Shown: positions 36,331 to 48,302 of the stretch, piece by piece | How positions within the stretch are numbered: position 1 is the first letter of the stretch | Layout of the letters: the number at the start of each line of letters is the position of its first letter | Source: a virus | Lineage: Duplodnaviria; Caudoviricetes | Virus record (IMG/VR): IMGVR_UViG_3300013137_000026 | Location: 1 to 54,037 of that record | DNA: 54,037 bases | Strand: one strand, 5' to 3' | Made by a program: the position numbers and the translations under genes | Notes under the pieces: generated by a model | Seen by the model: the letters and a program-made list of their open reading frames with translations, nothing else | Told to the model about the DNA's origin: nothing | Database searches by the model: none

Positions 36331-39300
36331 ATGGCAAAGATTATTTCTAAATATTCGCAGGCAAAAAACTTACAAGTTGAGTATACTAATCAACAAGAGT
36401 ACATGGATGCTGTAGCAGCCCAACAAAATCCAAAGATTGCTGGTGATGTAACAACACCATATACTTTCTTAGAGTGGTATAAACGCAACGTTGGTATTAT
36501 TCCTGGAGAAGAGTTTAAACAATATAATGAATACCTTAAGAATTGGTATAGTAATAGGTATACCCCAGCTAATACTGTTACCAGCGTTCGAGCAGACTAC
36601 ATTTCATTGCTACAACAATTAGCTCTTATTCTCAAAGATGAAGACGATACTGCATGGATGGCAGATATTAACTATAATGATAACCTAGAACTAGAGGATG
36701 CTATTCCATTTTTCGCTAGAAAACTTAAAGAGATAGCAATTTATATTGTTAATAAGAGAGAAGCTCTTAAACGAGCAAAACTAAAGTACAATATGGTTGG
36801 TACTAGTAATGCGTTAGAGAAACTCTTTTATGAATATCTACTAAAAGCATTTACTCAAAAGGATTTCGTAGTTAATGTTCCAGAACAGGAAATGTGGGCT
36901 ACGTTCCCAGAACTATCAGCTGTTAAAAATGGATTTCAAATTAATATTCAAGAGTTGTATGATGATTCGAGTTACTTTGATAAAGATCCAACAATGCCGG
37001 CATCAGCATATTTTGATACAACAGATTTAACTTTAAGTGCATATTATGTTAATACTTTAACCTATCAAGAATCAGCAATTAATTGGCTATTTAGTACTGG
37101 TTTTGCTAATCTGTGCGCAGACAATCCATTAATATGGACGTTGTCAGATATGTTAAATGAATATGATGTTACCACAACAACTCAATTACCATTATCTGTA
37201 TTCGAAATGCCTGATAAGAAAACTTTAAATGTATATGACCAATTTAAACTACCAGAAAAATATTTGGGAGAGAATCAATATTTCTTATCTGGTGGATATT
37301 TTACTTTAAAGACAAAAGATTTCGTATATGATTTACAAGCTGGTAATACATGGTTTTATTGGCCGTCTGGCGAGTACTTTAGAGAAATTCCAGAAGAGAT
37401 CTACGACAGAATTTCATTATCATCAACAGCATTAATTGATAATGGAGCTACTGGTGGTTTAACATATCAGGATTCGGATAGAATATTTGTTCAAATGGGA
37501 AATGCAATATCAGGGGCATGGTTAAGATCTTCATTACTTAGCACAATTTTGCAAACCATGTCAGCTGTTATTCCTAATAGGCAACATTTAGTATTTAGAT
37601 TTCCATATCCCGGTTATGGTATAAGTGGTGAAGGATTGGACTGGACGGGAAAACAATTAAGTAATATTGATACAACATTCGTTTATTTAGATGATACTAC
37701 ACAAAAAGAAATACTTGATTTATATTGGTCTAATGTAACCCCAGTATCAACATTTAGTGATATCTCAATACATAATACCGCATTAATCGATAATGGTAGT
37801 ACTGCTTCTCAAACCTATAAAGATGCAGATAAAATTTCGGTCAGAGAATGTGCCAATGATGATAAATTACATGATCTTAATCCAAATAGTGTTTATAGTG
37901 ATGGATTTGATTATACTTGGTTGTATAAAATATTGAATACAGATTTACCAATAAAGACTAATCAAAATTACATTTATTGGCCATTATTAACCTATCAATT
38001 AGGAGAAACGTTCCCATTACAAATTCCAACAAGTCAATGTATACCAATATCGTTGTCAAGTATTAATGTCGAGAATACAATGATTGGTGCTAGGGCTGGA
38101 TATGGATTATATGATAGTGATATCATTTATAAGTTAGATTCTGCTACAGGGTATGCTTTAGCTTGTTCGTTTTTAAGTGGTGTTGATTTGAATACCTTGG
38201 TACCTAATGCCAGTGGTAAAATTCAACCATCATTTACATTAAAATGTAAACCTGGGGCCTATGAACAATTTGTATGGCAAGATAGTAATACACAAATTAA
38301 CAATACCACGATTACCCATAAGAATCATCAATTAGATTGCCCATATATTCAGGCAGAGCATGAATCAATTTTCAATTCATCTGGTAAAACCTTAGAAGAG
38401 TTGGGCAGAACTAATACTGGTATGAGTAATTATAAATTATGTAATTGCAAAGCAATATGGTATTCGCCATTAGGTCATCCAGGATCACGGTATGACGAAT
38501 ATGACGAAATGGCAGATATCATATTTACTGATACCCAGTTCCCAAGCGCATTCGATATTAATACATGGCGCGGTAGAGATAATCAACCATATTATCAAAG
38601 TCAAGATTTTGCTTGGTTCCAATTAACAGGAACTAATCTTGAACCGGATGTAGGTTGGGGTAATGGTATGTGGACTACGGGCGCAGGTACTTCAACATTT
38701 ACTCTATCTACTGGTGTAATCTATAAATATCTTCGAGCTAATTTAAGAAGAGCACCTGGAGAACTGTTTGTAGGTGCTGTACCGAATTTAATTATTAAGC
38801 AGCAACATTACAATACACCAAAAACAACATGGATGAAAGCAGCACTTCAGTCTGATGGTTCATGGGGTAAGACTAATGATGTAAGTGATATGGTATTAAC
38901 ACCAGGTGATTATTTACTATATGATCATATGGATTCTAATTGGTATTGTTTAACATCAATAGGTACATATGGTCAATCTTATGCCTATACAGCATCTGCA
39001 GTAGGAACAACACCATGGTCAAACTATACTTATGTAACTTCTGGACATGTATTAAAGTTTAATTGGCCGTCAACGTTTTATATAGATGGTCCATCTGCTG
39101 TACGGGCACAATTCCAAGCAATTACATGGTATGCACAAACACCAAGTGGTATCTATACTGCTAATAATATTAGTCCAGATACCATGTTTACAATATTAGC
39201 TGAGACCCCTGGTATATATACCATTACTGCTGTAGCAATAGATGTTAACAGTGGTAGTTATACCTATACTGATGTTCCAGCTGTTACTGTAGTCAATGAA

Positions 39301-41205
39301 GAATTAGGAATGTCACCTTCTGGATTCTTAGATATTACTACAATATATAATGACAGACTTAACTTCATTATTAACATTCCACTTAGTGGTTGGAATTATG
39401 GTACGCATTGTTATGATGGTATTTCTTATGGCGGTAGACCATTTTGGGCCAAAGCATATGATGACGATTCATCAGATACAAAACAAAAAGGTACTAATGT
39501 CTTCGGTGGAGGAATTAAATCTAACATTGATGACTATACACTTATTACTCAACCAACAATTGCTACAATACAATTAAGTAGTGATTGTGTTATTGATTAC
39601 AACAACGTAAGTAATGATGATATAACTTGGATTCAGCCTATTAATTTTACGACCAATATTAATAATCGACAATGGAACAAATTAATTATTAATACTAATG
39701 TAATTTCACCACTTAGTACATATTTGTTTAATATTAATGAAGAATTGATTGCTTCAGCAACTAATGAGTCATCTGATATTGTATTATATCAACATCCTGA
39801 TAGTACCTTTATTAACTATTGGGCAGTTAATCCATTTACTTGGACTCAAAATTTAACAGATTCAACAGTAGGCATTCCACCTACTGGTGGTTTATGGACT
39901 CCTGTTACTACCGGAGTTTTAGTCGAAACAATTGTACCATATGCGAATTTAACCAATAGACATTATCCTACAATTGCTAGTATGCCATATCTAACCAATC
40001 TATATTCAACGGAAGATAGTGGTGGATATTTTATACCTCGAATGTTAGGTATCAGTACTTACATTGGATCCAACTACGAAAATGTAATTGATTTATCTAA
40101 ACTTACGACTTCTGATAATAGAGGATTATCAGGCACCTTCCAAGATATTGCAAATTACACTTCTAGCAGAGGGTTAACCCAACGAACACAAGTCAATCCA
40201 GTATCAACTAATAGTATTGATTCAAGTTGGACTAAAGCAAATCTTACTGAAGGTAATAAAGCTGGTATGGTTGTAAAGAATACAGAGTATCAAGAATTTA
40301 TTCCGTATCAAACAAAGTATGAAAGTACTGGCAGAAATTTCAACGGATTAAGAACTCAAAATGATTCTTATGATCCATGGATTGGAACCATTGATAATAT
40401 TTGGGAAGATCCAACAAACTTCCCAGCCAATTTCAGAAATGAATATCCAATTGAAGCTTGGTATAATAATCAATTACCAACAGATAAGTTAATTTATCAA
40501 TGGAAGACAGACATATTTGGTAATCAATATGTATTACTAAAAGACAATAACAATAGAATTTATACTAAACGTTCAGCAACTGGTCAAATTTGGGTAAGAG
40601 ATCAAAACGGTAAAACATCCACCGCAAGTATGGCATTAAGTAACGTCTATGACAATCTTACAGTTATATCACCACAAGTAAGTGCAGATCTAACTAATAA
40701 TAAGATTAGTAACTTTGAGTTGTGGTTTGATACCTTAATGATTCAAACGACCGGTTATCTATTATTCAGTAAGTTAGAATTCGATTATGATACTAACACA
40801 ATTTATTCGATTGCTGATAATGTTAATATTATTAATCTATCAGCTGATTCAGGAGGATATTTTGCAGGTACATGGTTATTTGATGAATCGAAATTAGTTA
40901 CAATTTGTAATTTAGTATCAACCGCTACATCAATTTATCCAGAGTTGTACGTATTAAATCTTGATAGTAACAATTTAAGAAAAGAATATAGCCCGTTTAC
41001 CTCAATGCAAAATCAGATGTCGGCTTTACGATTAACAGCTATCGAAGACCCAGTATTTACTTATAACAATTCAACCAAGAATTACAAGTTAGCATTTATA
41101 GGTTATGGTTCGGGTTACGGGACAGGTATGGTAGTAAATGTAATGACAATTAATGGTTCTATACCAGGATATGATATTTCTGTAACTTCCATAATACCAA
41201 CTTGA
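36331..41205 (+). CDS. Large virion structural protein (1624 aa)
   Basis: In baseplate operon with 1-nt spacing; S/T/N/Y-rich; WKTDIFGNQY motif. Confidence 0.7.
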   Translation: MAKIISKYSQAKNLQVEYTNQQEYMDAVAAQQNPKIAGDVTTPYTFLEWYKRNVGIIPGEEFKQYNEYLKNWYSNRYTPANTVTSVRADYISLLQQLALILKDEDDTAWMADINYNDNLELEDAIPFFARKLKEIAIYIVNKREALKRAKLKYNMVGTSNALEKLFYEYLLKAFTQKDFVVNVPEQEMWATFPELSAVKNGFQINIQELYDDSSYFDKDPTMPASAYFDTTDLTLSAYYVNTLTYQESAINWLFSTGFANLCADNPLIWTLSDMLNEYDVTTTTQLPLSVFEMPDKKTLNVYDQFKLPEKYLGENQYFLSGGYFTLKTKDFVYDLQAGNTWFYWPSGEYFREIPEEIYDRISLSSTALIDNGATGGLTYQDSDRIFVQMGNAISGAWLRSSLLSTILQTMSAVIPNRQHLVFRFPYPGYGISGEGLDWTGKQLSNIDTTFVYLDDTTQKEILDLYWSNVTPVSTFSDISIHNTALIDNGSTASQTYKDADKISVRECANDDKLHDLNPNSVYSDGFDYTWLYKILNTDLPIKTNQNYIYWPLLTYQLGETFPLQIPTSQCIPISLSSINVENTMIGARAGYGLYDSDIIYKLDSATGYALACSFLSGVDLNTLVPNASGKIQPSFTLKCKPGAYEQFVWQDSNTQINNTTITHKNHQLDCPYIQAEHESIFNSSGKTLEELGRTNTGMSNYKLCNCKAIWYSPLGHPGSRYDEYDEMADIIFTDTQFPSAFDINTWRGRDNQPYYQSQDFAWFQLTGTNLEPDVGWGNGMWTTGAGTSTFTLSTGVIYKYLRANLRRAPGELFVGAVPNLIIKQQHYNTPKTTWMKAALQSDGSWGKTNDVSDMVLTPGDYLLYDHMDSNWYCLTSIGTYGQSYAYTASAVGTTPWSNYTYVTSGHVLKFNWPSTFYIDGPSAVRAQFQAITWYAQTPSGIYTANNISPDTMFTILAETPGIYTITAVAIDVNSGSYTYTDVPAVTVVNEELGMSPSGFLDITTIYNDRLNFIINIPLSGWNYGTHCYDGISYGGRPFWAKAYDDDSSDTKQKGTNVFGGGIKSNIDDYTLITQPTIATIQLSSDCVIDYNNVSNDDITWIQPINFTTNINNRQWNKLIINTNVISPLSTYLFNINEELIASATNESSDIVLYQHPDSTFINYWAVNPFTWTQNLTDSTVGIPPTGGLWTPVTTGVLVETIVPYANLTNRHYPTIASMPYLTNLYSTEDSGGYFIPRMLGISTYIGSNYENVIDLSKLTTSDNRGLSGTFQDIANYTSSRGLTQRTQVNPVSTNSIDSSWTKANLTEGNKAGMVVKNTEYQEFIPYQTKYESTGRNFNGLRTQNDSYDPWIGTIDNIWEDPTNFPANFRNEYPIEAWYNNQLPTDKLIYQWKTDIFGNQYVLLKDNNNRIYTKRSATGQIWVRDQNGKTSTASMALSNVYDNLTVISPQVSADLTNNKISNFELWFDTLMIQTTGYLLFSKLEFDYDTNTIYSIADNVNIINLSADSGGYFAGTWLFDESKLVTICNLVSTATSIYPELYVLNLDSNNLRKEYSPFTSMQNQMSALRLTAIEDPVFTYNNSTKNYKLAFIGYGSGYGTGMVVNVMTINGSIPGYDISVTSIIPT

Positions 41206-41222
41206 TAATCAGATACCCAATA

Positions 41223-41229
41223 TTAAATA
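41223..41229 (+). promoter_or_regulatory. Late promoter motif TTAAATA, 6 nt before ATG
   Basis: Same spacing to the ATG as before gp15; no SD. Confidence 0.5.
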
Positions 41230-41235
41230 ATTAAA

Positions 41236-44200
41236 ATGAGCGCCTTTTTAACAGCACTAAATGTAACACCTTTAACAGGATTTATATCAAACGGTAACAA
41301 ATTTGATATTGAATGGTTCTATACTGGTGCTGGTCCAACATATTGGGAAATATTGCGACATGTTAGTCCGCTTACAGATATTGGTCCTACGATGTTAGAT
41401 GTATCAACATTTACTTCTTTAGCAACCACAGTTTCTTCAGTCATAACCTACGCTGATTATTTGAATGATGCAACAGATCCAGAAGGGATATATACTAATG
41501 CTGAGGTTATTGATCAGATAATACATACTCAACGTAAATTAACTTATTCTGTTCGTGGAGTAACAACGACGGAGACGACAGCAGCTAGCTGTTACATTAA
41601 TCCACCAGCATTTACCTTACCCTATGTAACAACTACACATAATAATGGTTGGTTGGTTAACTGGTCAGGAAAAACTCAAGTTGTTTTTAATACTTTACAT
41701 TTAGAGGGAGAACAAATTTGGGCTACAAAGTTAACTGCTTTAGGTGCGGGTTATCTTTCTCGAACGGCTGTTGATTCTAATTTTTATAGAAACAATTCAT
41801 TAAATGAAGGTACCGTATGGGTATCAGATAGAGGAGATGGTCCACATGGCGGAGGCGGATCTTCATATGTGTGGAGATTAGATGCACATACCGGTACGGT
41901 ACAACATATATATTCTTTACCAGGCACATCACAAACCTGCGGCCTGTGTGTTGATCCTCGAGATGGAAGTTGTTACGCTGGCGGTAATTCATCGGTTGTT
42001 TATAAATTAAAATTAGATAATACAGAACCGGTAGTTATTAGTATTCCTCGCAGCCCTTGGCCTTATGGTATTTATGGGATGGCATCTAATCCAGCTTTAC
42101 CAAAACAAGTAGGTATTGTTTATGGAAACGGTCTCAAGAGACATTGGGATGATCCGAATATGTTTATTGGAGATTGCGATACTGGTTATGCATATCCACT
42201 TAATGTTCAAGCATATAATGCCGCTTACGGTTCTGATAGTCAATTATGGATGATAAATGCTATGGATGGATATGTTCGAAGGTATGATGGAACCACCATT
42301 ACTGCATATTCTGTTTATCCAGATTCTCGACCTCATGAATATAGGGGTATTTGCATAGATAATTCAACTTCATCAACATCAAATTATAATGTATGGATTG
42401 GGGATACTAATGCATGGGAAATAAATAAATTTACATGGAATGGGACAACTTTAACACTTAATAAACGATATACAAGTCTGGCATATGCCCCAATGGGGAT
42501 TGGGTGTGATTCGGAAAATAATTTATGGACTGTAGAGGGGCACAATTGCCTTCATTTAGATAAAATCTATCAAACAACAAATGCATCATCTGCATACCCA
42601 TATGGTGGTGGTTGTAGATATCCAACAGGACCCTATAGTAGTTGGAGTGCTAGTACTGTTATTAACGACGCAGCAATAGAATATGTCTTAACGCGCGATC
42701 CGTCAACAATGGCTGCACCAACTTTAGCAGCATTTAATAATTTAATTGAAACAAATATTGGTACCTCAGAAACATTAACTTATAATGGTACAGATTATGA
42801 TCGATACACATGGGGTATTAAAATTAAAGGAAGTAATACACAAGAACAGCATAATAATGCGGTAGCCTTTATTGCTGCATATAGCGCAGATTTGACAGTT
42901 ACACAAGGTAGACGAATATATCCTAATTGCCCGGCATCAATTGATACCGTAATACGTTTTAGTTTCCCAACAACACCACCTGTTGGTGATTCTTATCAAT
43001 ATTCTGATTTTACTGGGTATATTGCATTTGCTGGAGATTTAAGTGCTAACAATTCAATTCCAATACAACCAGGTTCCTTAGTAACTACATCTTATAAGTT
43101 CCCAGATTATACTAATCCAAGTTTTATCGACATGTCATTATCAGGAATTTATTCATCACCAACATTAGAAGACGGAACCTATTGGCAAAATCAAATTAAT
43201 AATGCCAATACAATTGAAACCTCTGGATATGATGATTTAACAGTAAGATGTAAACCTGATATCTATGATGGTTCATTTGAATTATCTGGTATTAGGTATA
43301 ATTTTGGTGACAGAGATTATGATTTGGGTGTTACTGTTCCAAATAGTTATATAACACAAGTGATACCAGATTTACAACAAGATTATACTTATCATGACCC
43401 AAGTCAAAGTGGTAAACCCAATGCTAGATGGATCGGATATCCAGGTGAAGACAGTGGTACCTATTTTGTAAATGCTACAGCATATTATAATCATAATGTT
43501 TATCTTACAGGTACCAACCCCCAAACAACATCTAATACCGAACCAGGATCTGCAACAGTTTGGGAACGTTGGCCAACAGCACAATTTTATTTGACTCCGT
43601 TAGATACAACATCATTACGTTTATGGTTGTGGAGAGAATCGATTTATAGAGCTTATGGTGATAATGGTCTTACACCATGGTCGGCTAATAGAATTATATC
43701 CGGTACTGATCCTGTATCTGCATTGTTTAGTGATATGTCAATAGCTAGGACATGGGCTCTTTCAAGTTGGACTATTGATTTTGGAGATCATAATAATTAT
43801 CCAGCATTTTTCACTTCATTGGGTTATACTAATAGCGCATTTTTAGATACCGTGGACGCTAGTTATTCTCCAAAAGATGCAACAACACTTCATGCAAATT
43901 TAACCTCTCATTTATATTGTAGACCAGGTACTTATTATGCGACCTTATTTGTAAGAGCAATTAATACCGAAACTGAATCAGCAGAGTTAAATACAATGAA
44001 TATAGCGGCAACGCAAGAAGTTCGAGTTTATGAATTAGAACCATTTGCTAATTTCTTAACCTTAGCTGTTTCGACAGTATCAAGCAGTTATCATGATGAT
44101 GCAACAACACCAATATGGGGTCAATTATATGTTGATGAGCCTCCAGTATTAAATACAGTAAATCTAATTTCTGGATATGCACCAAATCTTACTATTACTT

Positions 44201-44997
44201 GGATGGAATGTTGCATGCCCCATTCTTATCCAATTAGTGGATATGATTGGAACTTTGGTGATTATTATAATGAGATTCAAAACCTTTCGTCAATCAGTGC
44301 TTTAAATGTAACGGTCGATTATCCTTGTTGGGAAACAGATCAATCATATCATCGAGTTATTCATACTTATGTAATGCCAGGAATATATAATGTAACACTT
44401 TGTGCTTCTGCTAGTACAACATCAACACAATCATGTTGTGCAAAAAATCTATATGTATACGTTGATGAATTATTACCTGAAGCTTGTTTTACTATTGGGG
44501 ATTCATTAACATCGTTCGGTGTAACTCCTTCTGGTGAAGCACCATTAACCGTTTATTTTAATCCGTCATGCACTATACCAGGATCGTTCCCAATTTGCAG
44601 AATGGATTGGGATTTTGGTGATGGAACAATGACTACTGTTACTAGACGCCCATCGACAGAAAACACTTACGGAATTTATCCATTCCCAAGCGATCTTAAT
44701 GATCCAAGAAATATTATTGTAAGTCATGAATTTACTAGAACATTAATATCTCAACCATCTACCTTTATCGTAACCATGTCTGCTTACGCATGTAATACCA
44801 ACACAATGGATTCTACCTCTGGTAGTTTTGTAACCGATTATAATGTAGGACCAATTACTGTTCCTGCAATAGATTTATCAGTTGGAAAGAGACATATTAT
44901 TGCAAGTCGATCTTACAATAATGAAGATGATTTATTATTAGTATTTGAGGGCGAAAATAAACCAGTAACCTATAGTGTTTTAATATCAGGAACTTAA
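41236..44997 (+). CDS. Virion protein with beta-propeller and multiple PKD domains
   Basis: YNFGD, IDFGD, WNFGD, WDFGDG PKD motifs; propeller blades. Confidence 0.75.
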   Translation: MSAFLTALNVTPLTGFISNGNKFDIEWFYTGAGPTYWEILRHVSPLTDIGPTMLDVSTFTSLATTVSSVITYADYLNDATDPEGIYTNAEVIDQIIHTQRKLTYSVRGVTTTETTAASCYINPPAFTLPYVTTTHNNGWLVNWSGKTQVVFNTLHLEGEQIWATKLTALGAGYLSRTAVDSNFYRNNSLNEGTVWVSDRGDGPHGGGGSSYVWRLDAHTGTVQHIYSLPGTSQTCGLCVDPRDGSCYAGGNSSVVYKLKLDNTEPVVISIPRSPWPYGIYGMASNPALPKQVGIVYGNGLKRHWDDPNMFIGDCDTGYAYPLNVQAYNAAYGSDSQLWMINAMDGYVRRYDGTTITAYSVYPDSRPHEYRGICIDNSTSSTSNYNVWIGDTNAWEINKFTWNGTTLTLNKRYTSLAYAPMGIGCDSENNLWTVEGHNCLHLDKIYQTTNASSAYPYGGGCRYPTGPYSSWSASTVINDAAIEYVLTRDPSTMAAPTLAAFNNLIETNIGTSETLTYNGTDYDRYTWGIKIKGSNTQEQHNNAVAFIAAYSADLTVTQGRRIYPNCPASIDTVIRFSFPTTPPVGDSYQYSDFTGYIAFAGDLSANNSIPIQPGSLVTTSYKFPDYTNPSFIDMSLSGIYSSPTLEDGTYWQNQINNANTIETSGYDDLTVRCKPDIYDGSFELSGIRYNFGDRDYDLGVTVPNSYITQVIPDLQQDYTYHDPSQSGKPNARWIGYPGEDSGTYFVNATAYYNHNVYLTGTNPQTTSNTEPGSATVWERWPTAQFYLTPLDTTSLRLWLWRESIYRAYGDNGLTPWSANRIISGTDPVSALFSDMSIARTWALSSWTIDFGDHNNYPAFFTSLGYTNSAFLDTVDASYSPKDATTLHANLTSHLYCRPGTYYATLFVRAINTETESAELNTMNIAATQEVRVYELEPFANFLTLAVSTVSSSYHDDATTPIWGQLYVDEPPVLNTVNLISGYAPNLTITWMECCMPHSYPISGYDWNFGDYYNEIQNLSSISALNVTVDYPCWETDQSYHRVIHTYVMPGIYNVTLCASASTTSTQSCCAKNLYVYVDELLPEACFTIGDSLTSFGVTPSGEAPLTVYFNPSCTIPGSFPICRMDWDFGDGTMTTVTRRPSTENTYGIYPFPSDLNDPRNIIVSHEFTRTLISQPSTFIVTMSAYACNTNTMDSTSGSFVTDYNVGPITVPAIDLSVGKRHIIASRSYNNEDDLLLVFEGENKPVTYSVLISGT

Positions 44998-44998
44998 T

Positions 44999-47900
44999 AT
45001 GAACAGTATATCAGTTAGTGCAGGTAATGTAATATCTCTATCAGCTATGTATCCATATGATACAAAGCTAGATTTACTATATAATATCCATGCTTTTGAT
45101 GATGGATATACTTTCTTGCACAATCCAATATTAGATGGAGCTAAGGATGTTAAATTTGGTAAAGATACCTTATTCTATATTTCTTCAGCATCAGAGTTTA
45201 TCAATTATATGCTTGATGTATCTAGAACAATCAATATTCTTGATCTAGCATTCTTTACTACATTCCAATTAGATAATGGTACCTATTTACTCAACACCAA
45301 TAATACGTTATATGTTTCTGCAGATGCAAGTCCGTTAGATGATATCAAATTTTTCAACATTGTTCGAAATATAGATGGTACTATTTCACTTTTTCAAAAT
45401 GGGTTATATGTTACTGTTAGCAGAACCGCTCCATATAATCTTACTTTAGAATCTCAATATAGTCCAGACGAATATAATCAACAAAAATTCAATTTTTATT
45501 TGGTAGGAAAGCATTTGTTAATTTCAACAGTATTCACTAACCCAACGATCTATGGCCCGACTATTATTCAACGATTCGTAAGTGATAGTCCATTAACACA
45601 CAATGCACGAGCTGTAGGATTAATTAGTGATGATGATTATTCCGGTAGTAATGATTACATGTTTAATGTAACCTTTTATGCTAGCGCGTTTAATACAGGA
45701 TTTAACAGTTCAATTAATTGGGTTAAGTACTTTAATGACTTTAACAACAAGCAACACAATAAAGATGTTAACATTGACAGATCGATTAATGATATCAGTC
45801 AGAACTATTTGATTAGTTTACCATACAAAACAAAGATAACAGGCAACACATCCGAAGTTAATATTAACAATTTAAAGAATATCGAGACTCCAGAATATGA
45901 ATTTGCTACAGCACCATATATTAGTGGTGGATTATCATTATCATCGGTAGATACACCAGAGGCTATTAAACGAAGAGAATATGAACAGATTTTTATGGGT
46001 ACTAATCAGGATGAAGGATATGACAATCCATTCTTAGAATTTAGTGCTTATACAAAAGCAATGACATTTGTAAAAGATGCATTAACATATTTTCATTATC
46101 CTATTACCGCTCCAAGAATTGCACTATCTGCTGCTGGGTTAGTTGAAGCTGGATCAATTCCGGGTACTTCACCTGTTAGGGCAGATAAGATTTGGAAGAA
46201 AATGGCTAATTACAGTAAGAATATCCAATGGGGTAATTCACAGCAATGGCAAAGAGGTACCTTCCTTTGTTCTTGGTTATCTGGATCCGAAGATTACAAT
46301 CCACATGTTAAGGGAGTATGGAAAGATAGATGGTATTACCCAGGTTATATTACTCCTGTTCAAGCAGGATCAGCTGTTGAGATGGTTTATTTTGGTCATA
46401 CTCCGGTAGTATGGGATGAAGATTCTTCAATGACGTTTGACCCTGGAGTATGGTACAAGTATTATCATAAGGGTGAAGACGGTAACCTAACTATTGTTAA
46501 ATCCTTAACAGGTAATGGAACAGCTTTAGGATTGTGGCTTGATGAATGGGCAGCTACAACCATAGATAAATCACCCAATGATAATGATGGTATTATTCAA
46601 CCAGAGTTCACTGATGATATGGTTGTTGGCGACAATTTAAAACTTAATGGTATAGATCAAGAGTGTTTTGTTCCTTATAATTCTACGTATAATACCAATG
46701 GAGAAATAACAGTATCATTTTGGGCTAAAGCAAATGATTGGAATAATGTTAAAGGTAATCATTTTGTTGATAACAATTTCCGTGGTGGTTGGAGTATAGG
46801 ATATTCGAATGGTTTCTTTACACCAATAGTCCCAACTTTTGATACTACTTATGGGCATGTTATTCTATCCAATAATGATAATAGTATTTTGACCGATACC
46901 TTAATTCCAATATCAGGTGCAGTATATGCAGATCCTGTAGCAATTCTTATTGATAAGAATTTATTTACATGGGTTTTAGATAATGGTGTCAATAAGAGTT
47001 TATATAAGCTTGATTACAATGGTAATATACTAAAGCAAATTCATTTTAGTAATATTACCCTACAAGATATGGTATTAGACCGAGATCAAAACATCTGGAT
47101 ATTAAATTCTAATCAATTATCAGCAATTAATACTTTTGGTTATTTAGTATCAACAGCAACCGGTACTGGTAATAGTATTGATGTTAATAAATCCAATACT
47201 ATTATCGTATCCGACTATTCAGATATTTGTGTTGATAATAGTAACAATGTTTGGGGCATTTCTGCTCAAAATGTTTACAAGAATAATCTGTTAATGTTAA
47301 GTGGTACTAATATTAGTCGCCTAGCTTGTGATAAGGATAACAACATTTGGTTACTTAATACAACGACAGATTTCATTAAGTTAAATAACATAGGAGCGTT
47401 TATTCTATCTGGATCCGTAACAAACAACCCAGTAGTTTCATCTCGTGCTATAGGATTTACTAACGAATATTCTGCAGGACAATATAAAGATTATGTATGG
47501 ATAGTACAAGGATCAGACCAGATTCTATATAAGTATGATATTGTAGGAAATTACGTTTCTGATAATGTAATCACTAATGGTATTGATTTAACTCAATATC
47601 TATCACACAAAAAATCAACAATACAATTTAATGCCAACGGAGATTTTACTGGATATGATTGGGATAGAAAGTTTAGATATTTAGTTTATGGTGGATCAGT
47701 AGTAGAAGCTAAGCTAACTTTAGGAAGTTTAATATCTTCACAAACATTAGTATTAACTCAACCAACATCAACCTTAAGTACCAATGATATACACCAATTT
47801 GTTATTACTTATGATACAGATGGAACTTATAAGTTCTATGTTGATAATGTACTAAGAGATTCAGAAAGTGTTGCTGTTGGTTCTTTAATTTATCATGAAT

Positions 47901-48301
47901 ATGAAAATGGATTAGTTATTGGTGGTAATATGGGTAGATCTGTCGATTTGGATACAGAACTAAAAACTAACAAATATCACTTTGAAGGTCAAATTAGCGA
48001 CGTAAGAATCTATGATTGGCCGTTAAATAATTCTGATATTGGACATCTATATTTTCTTAAATCTGAATTTAAGGATTTAGTTTGGAATATGCCAACTGGG
48101 GTCCAGAACTACTTAGAAGAGGTAGAGAGATTCTTTAAGCATAAGTTACCAGGATTAAAATCGCAATTTTACAATATTAAGTTGAATGGGTTACAAATAA
48201 CAGATACTAGTACAAGGAGTTTAATTGAAACCATAATTAGAAATACGGTTACAAAAGTAGCTCCAGCATATACAGAGTTATATCGAATAATTTGGGATTA
48301 A
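44999..48301 (+). CDS. Virion protein with LamG/ConA-like domain and inserted beta-propeller
   Basis: ITVSFWAK...HQFVITYD..YKFYVDN...FEGQISDVRIYDWPL; DxxNNIW blades. Confidence 0.75.
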   Translation: MNSISVSAGNVISLSAMYPYDTKLDLLYNIHAFDDGYTFLHNPILDGAKDVKFGKDTLFYISSASEFINYMLDVSRTINILDLAFFTTFQLDNGTYLLNTNNTLYVSADASPLDDIKFFNIVRNIDGTISLFQNGLYVTVSRTAPYNLTLESQYSPDEYNQQKFNFYLVGKHLLISTVFTNPTIYGPTIIQRFVSDSPLTHNARAVGLISDDDYSGSNDYMFNVTFYASAFNTGFNSSINWVKYFNDFNNKQHNKDVNIDRSINDISQNYLISLPYKTKITGNTSEVNINNLKNIETPEYEFATAPYISGGLSLSSVDTPEAIKRREYEQIFMGTNQDEGYDNPFLEFSAYTKAMTFVKDALTYFHYPITAPRIALSAAGLVEAGSIPGTSPVRADKIWKKMANYSKNIQWGNSQQWQRGTFLCSWLSGSEDYNPHVKGVWKDRWYYPGYITPVQAGSAVEMVYFGHTPVVWDEDSSMTFDPGVWYKYYHKGEDGNLTIVKSLTGNGTALGLWLDEWAATTIDKSPNDNDGIIQPEFTDDMVVGDNLKLNGIDQECFVPYNSTYNTNGEITVSFWAKANDWNNVKGNHFVDNNFRGGWSIGYSNGFFTPIVPTFDTTYGHVILSNNDNSILTDTLIPISGAVYADPVAILIDKNLFTWVLDNGVNKSLYKLDYNGNILKQIHFSNITLQDMVLDRDQNIWILNSNQLSAINTFGYLVSTATGTGNSIDVNKSNTIIVSDYSDICVDNSNNVWGISAQNVYKNNLLMLSGTNISRLACDKDNNIWLLNTTTDFIKLNNIGAFILSGSVTNNPVVSSRAIGFTNEYSAGQYKDYVWIVQGSDQILYKYDIVGNYVSDNVITNGIDLTQYLSHKKSTIQFNANGDFTGYDWDRKFRYLVYGGSVVEAKLTLGSLISSQTLVLTQPTSTLSTNDIHQFVITYDTDGTYKFYVDNVLRDSESVAVGSLIYHEYENGLVIGGNMGRSVDLDTELKTNKYHFEGQISDVRIYDWPLNNSDIGHLYFLKSEFKDLVWNMPTGVQNYLEEVERFFKHKLPGLKSQFYNIKLNGLQITDTSTRSLIETIIRNTVTKVAPAYTELYRIIWD

Positions 48302-48302
48302 T

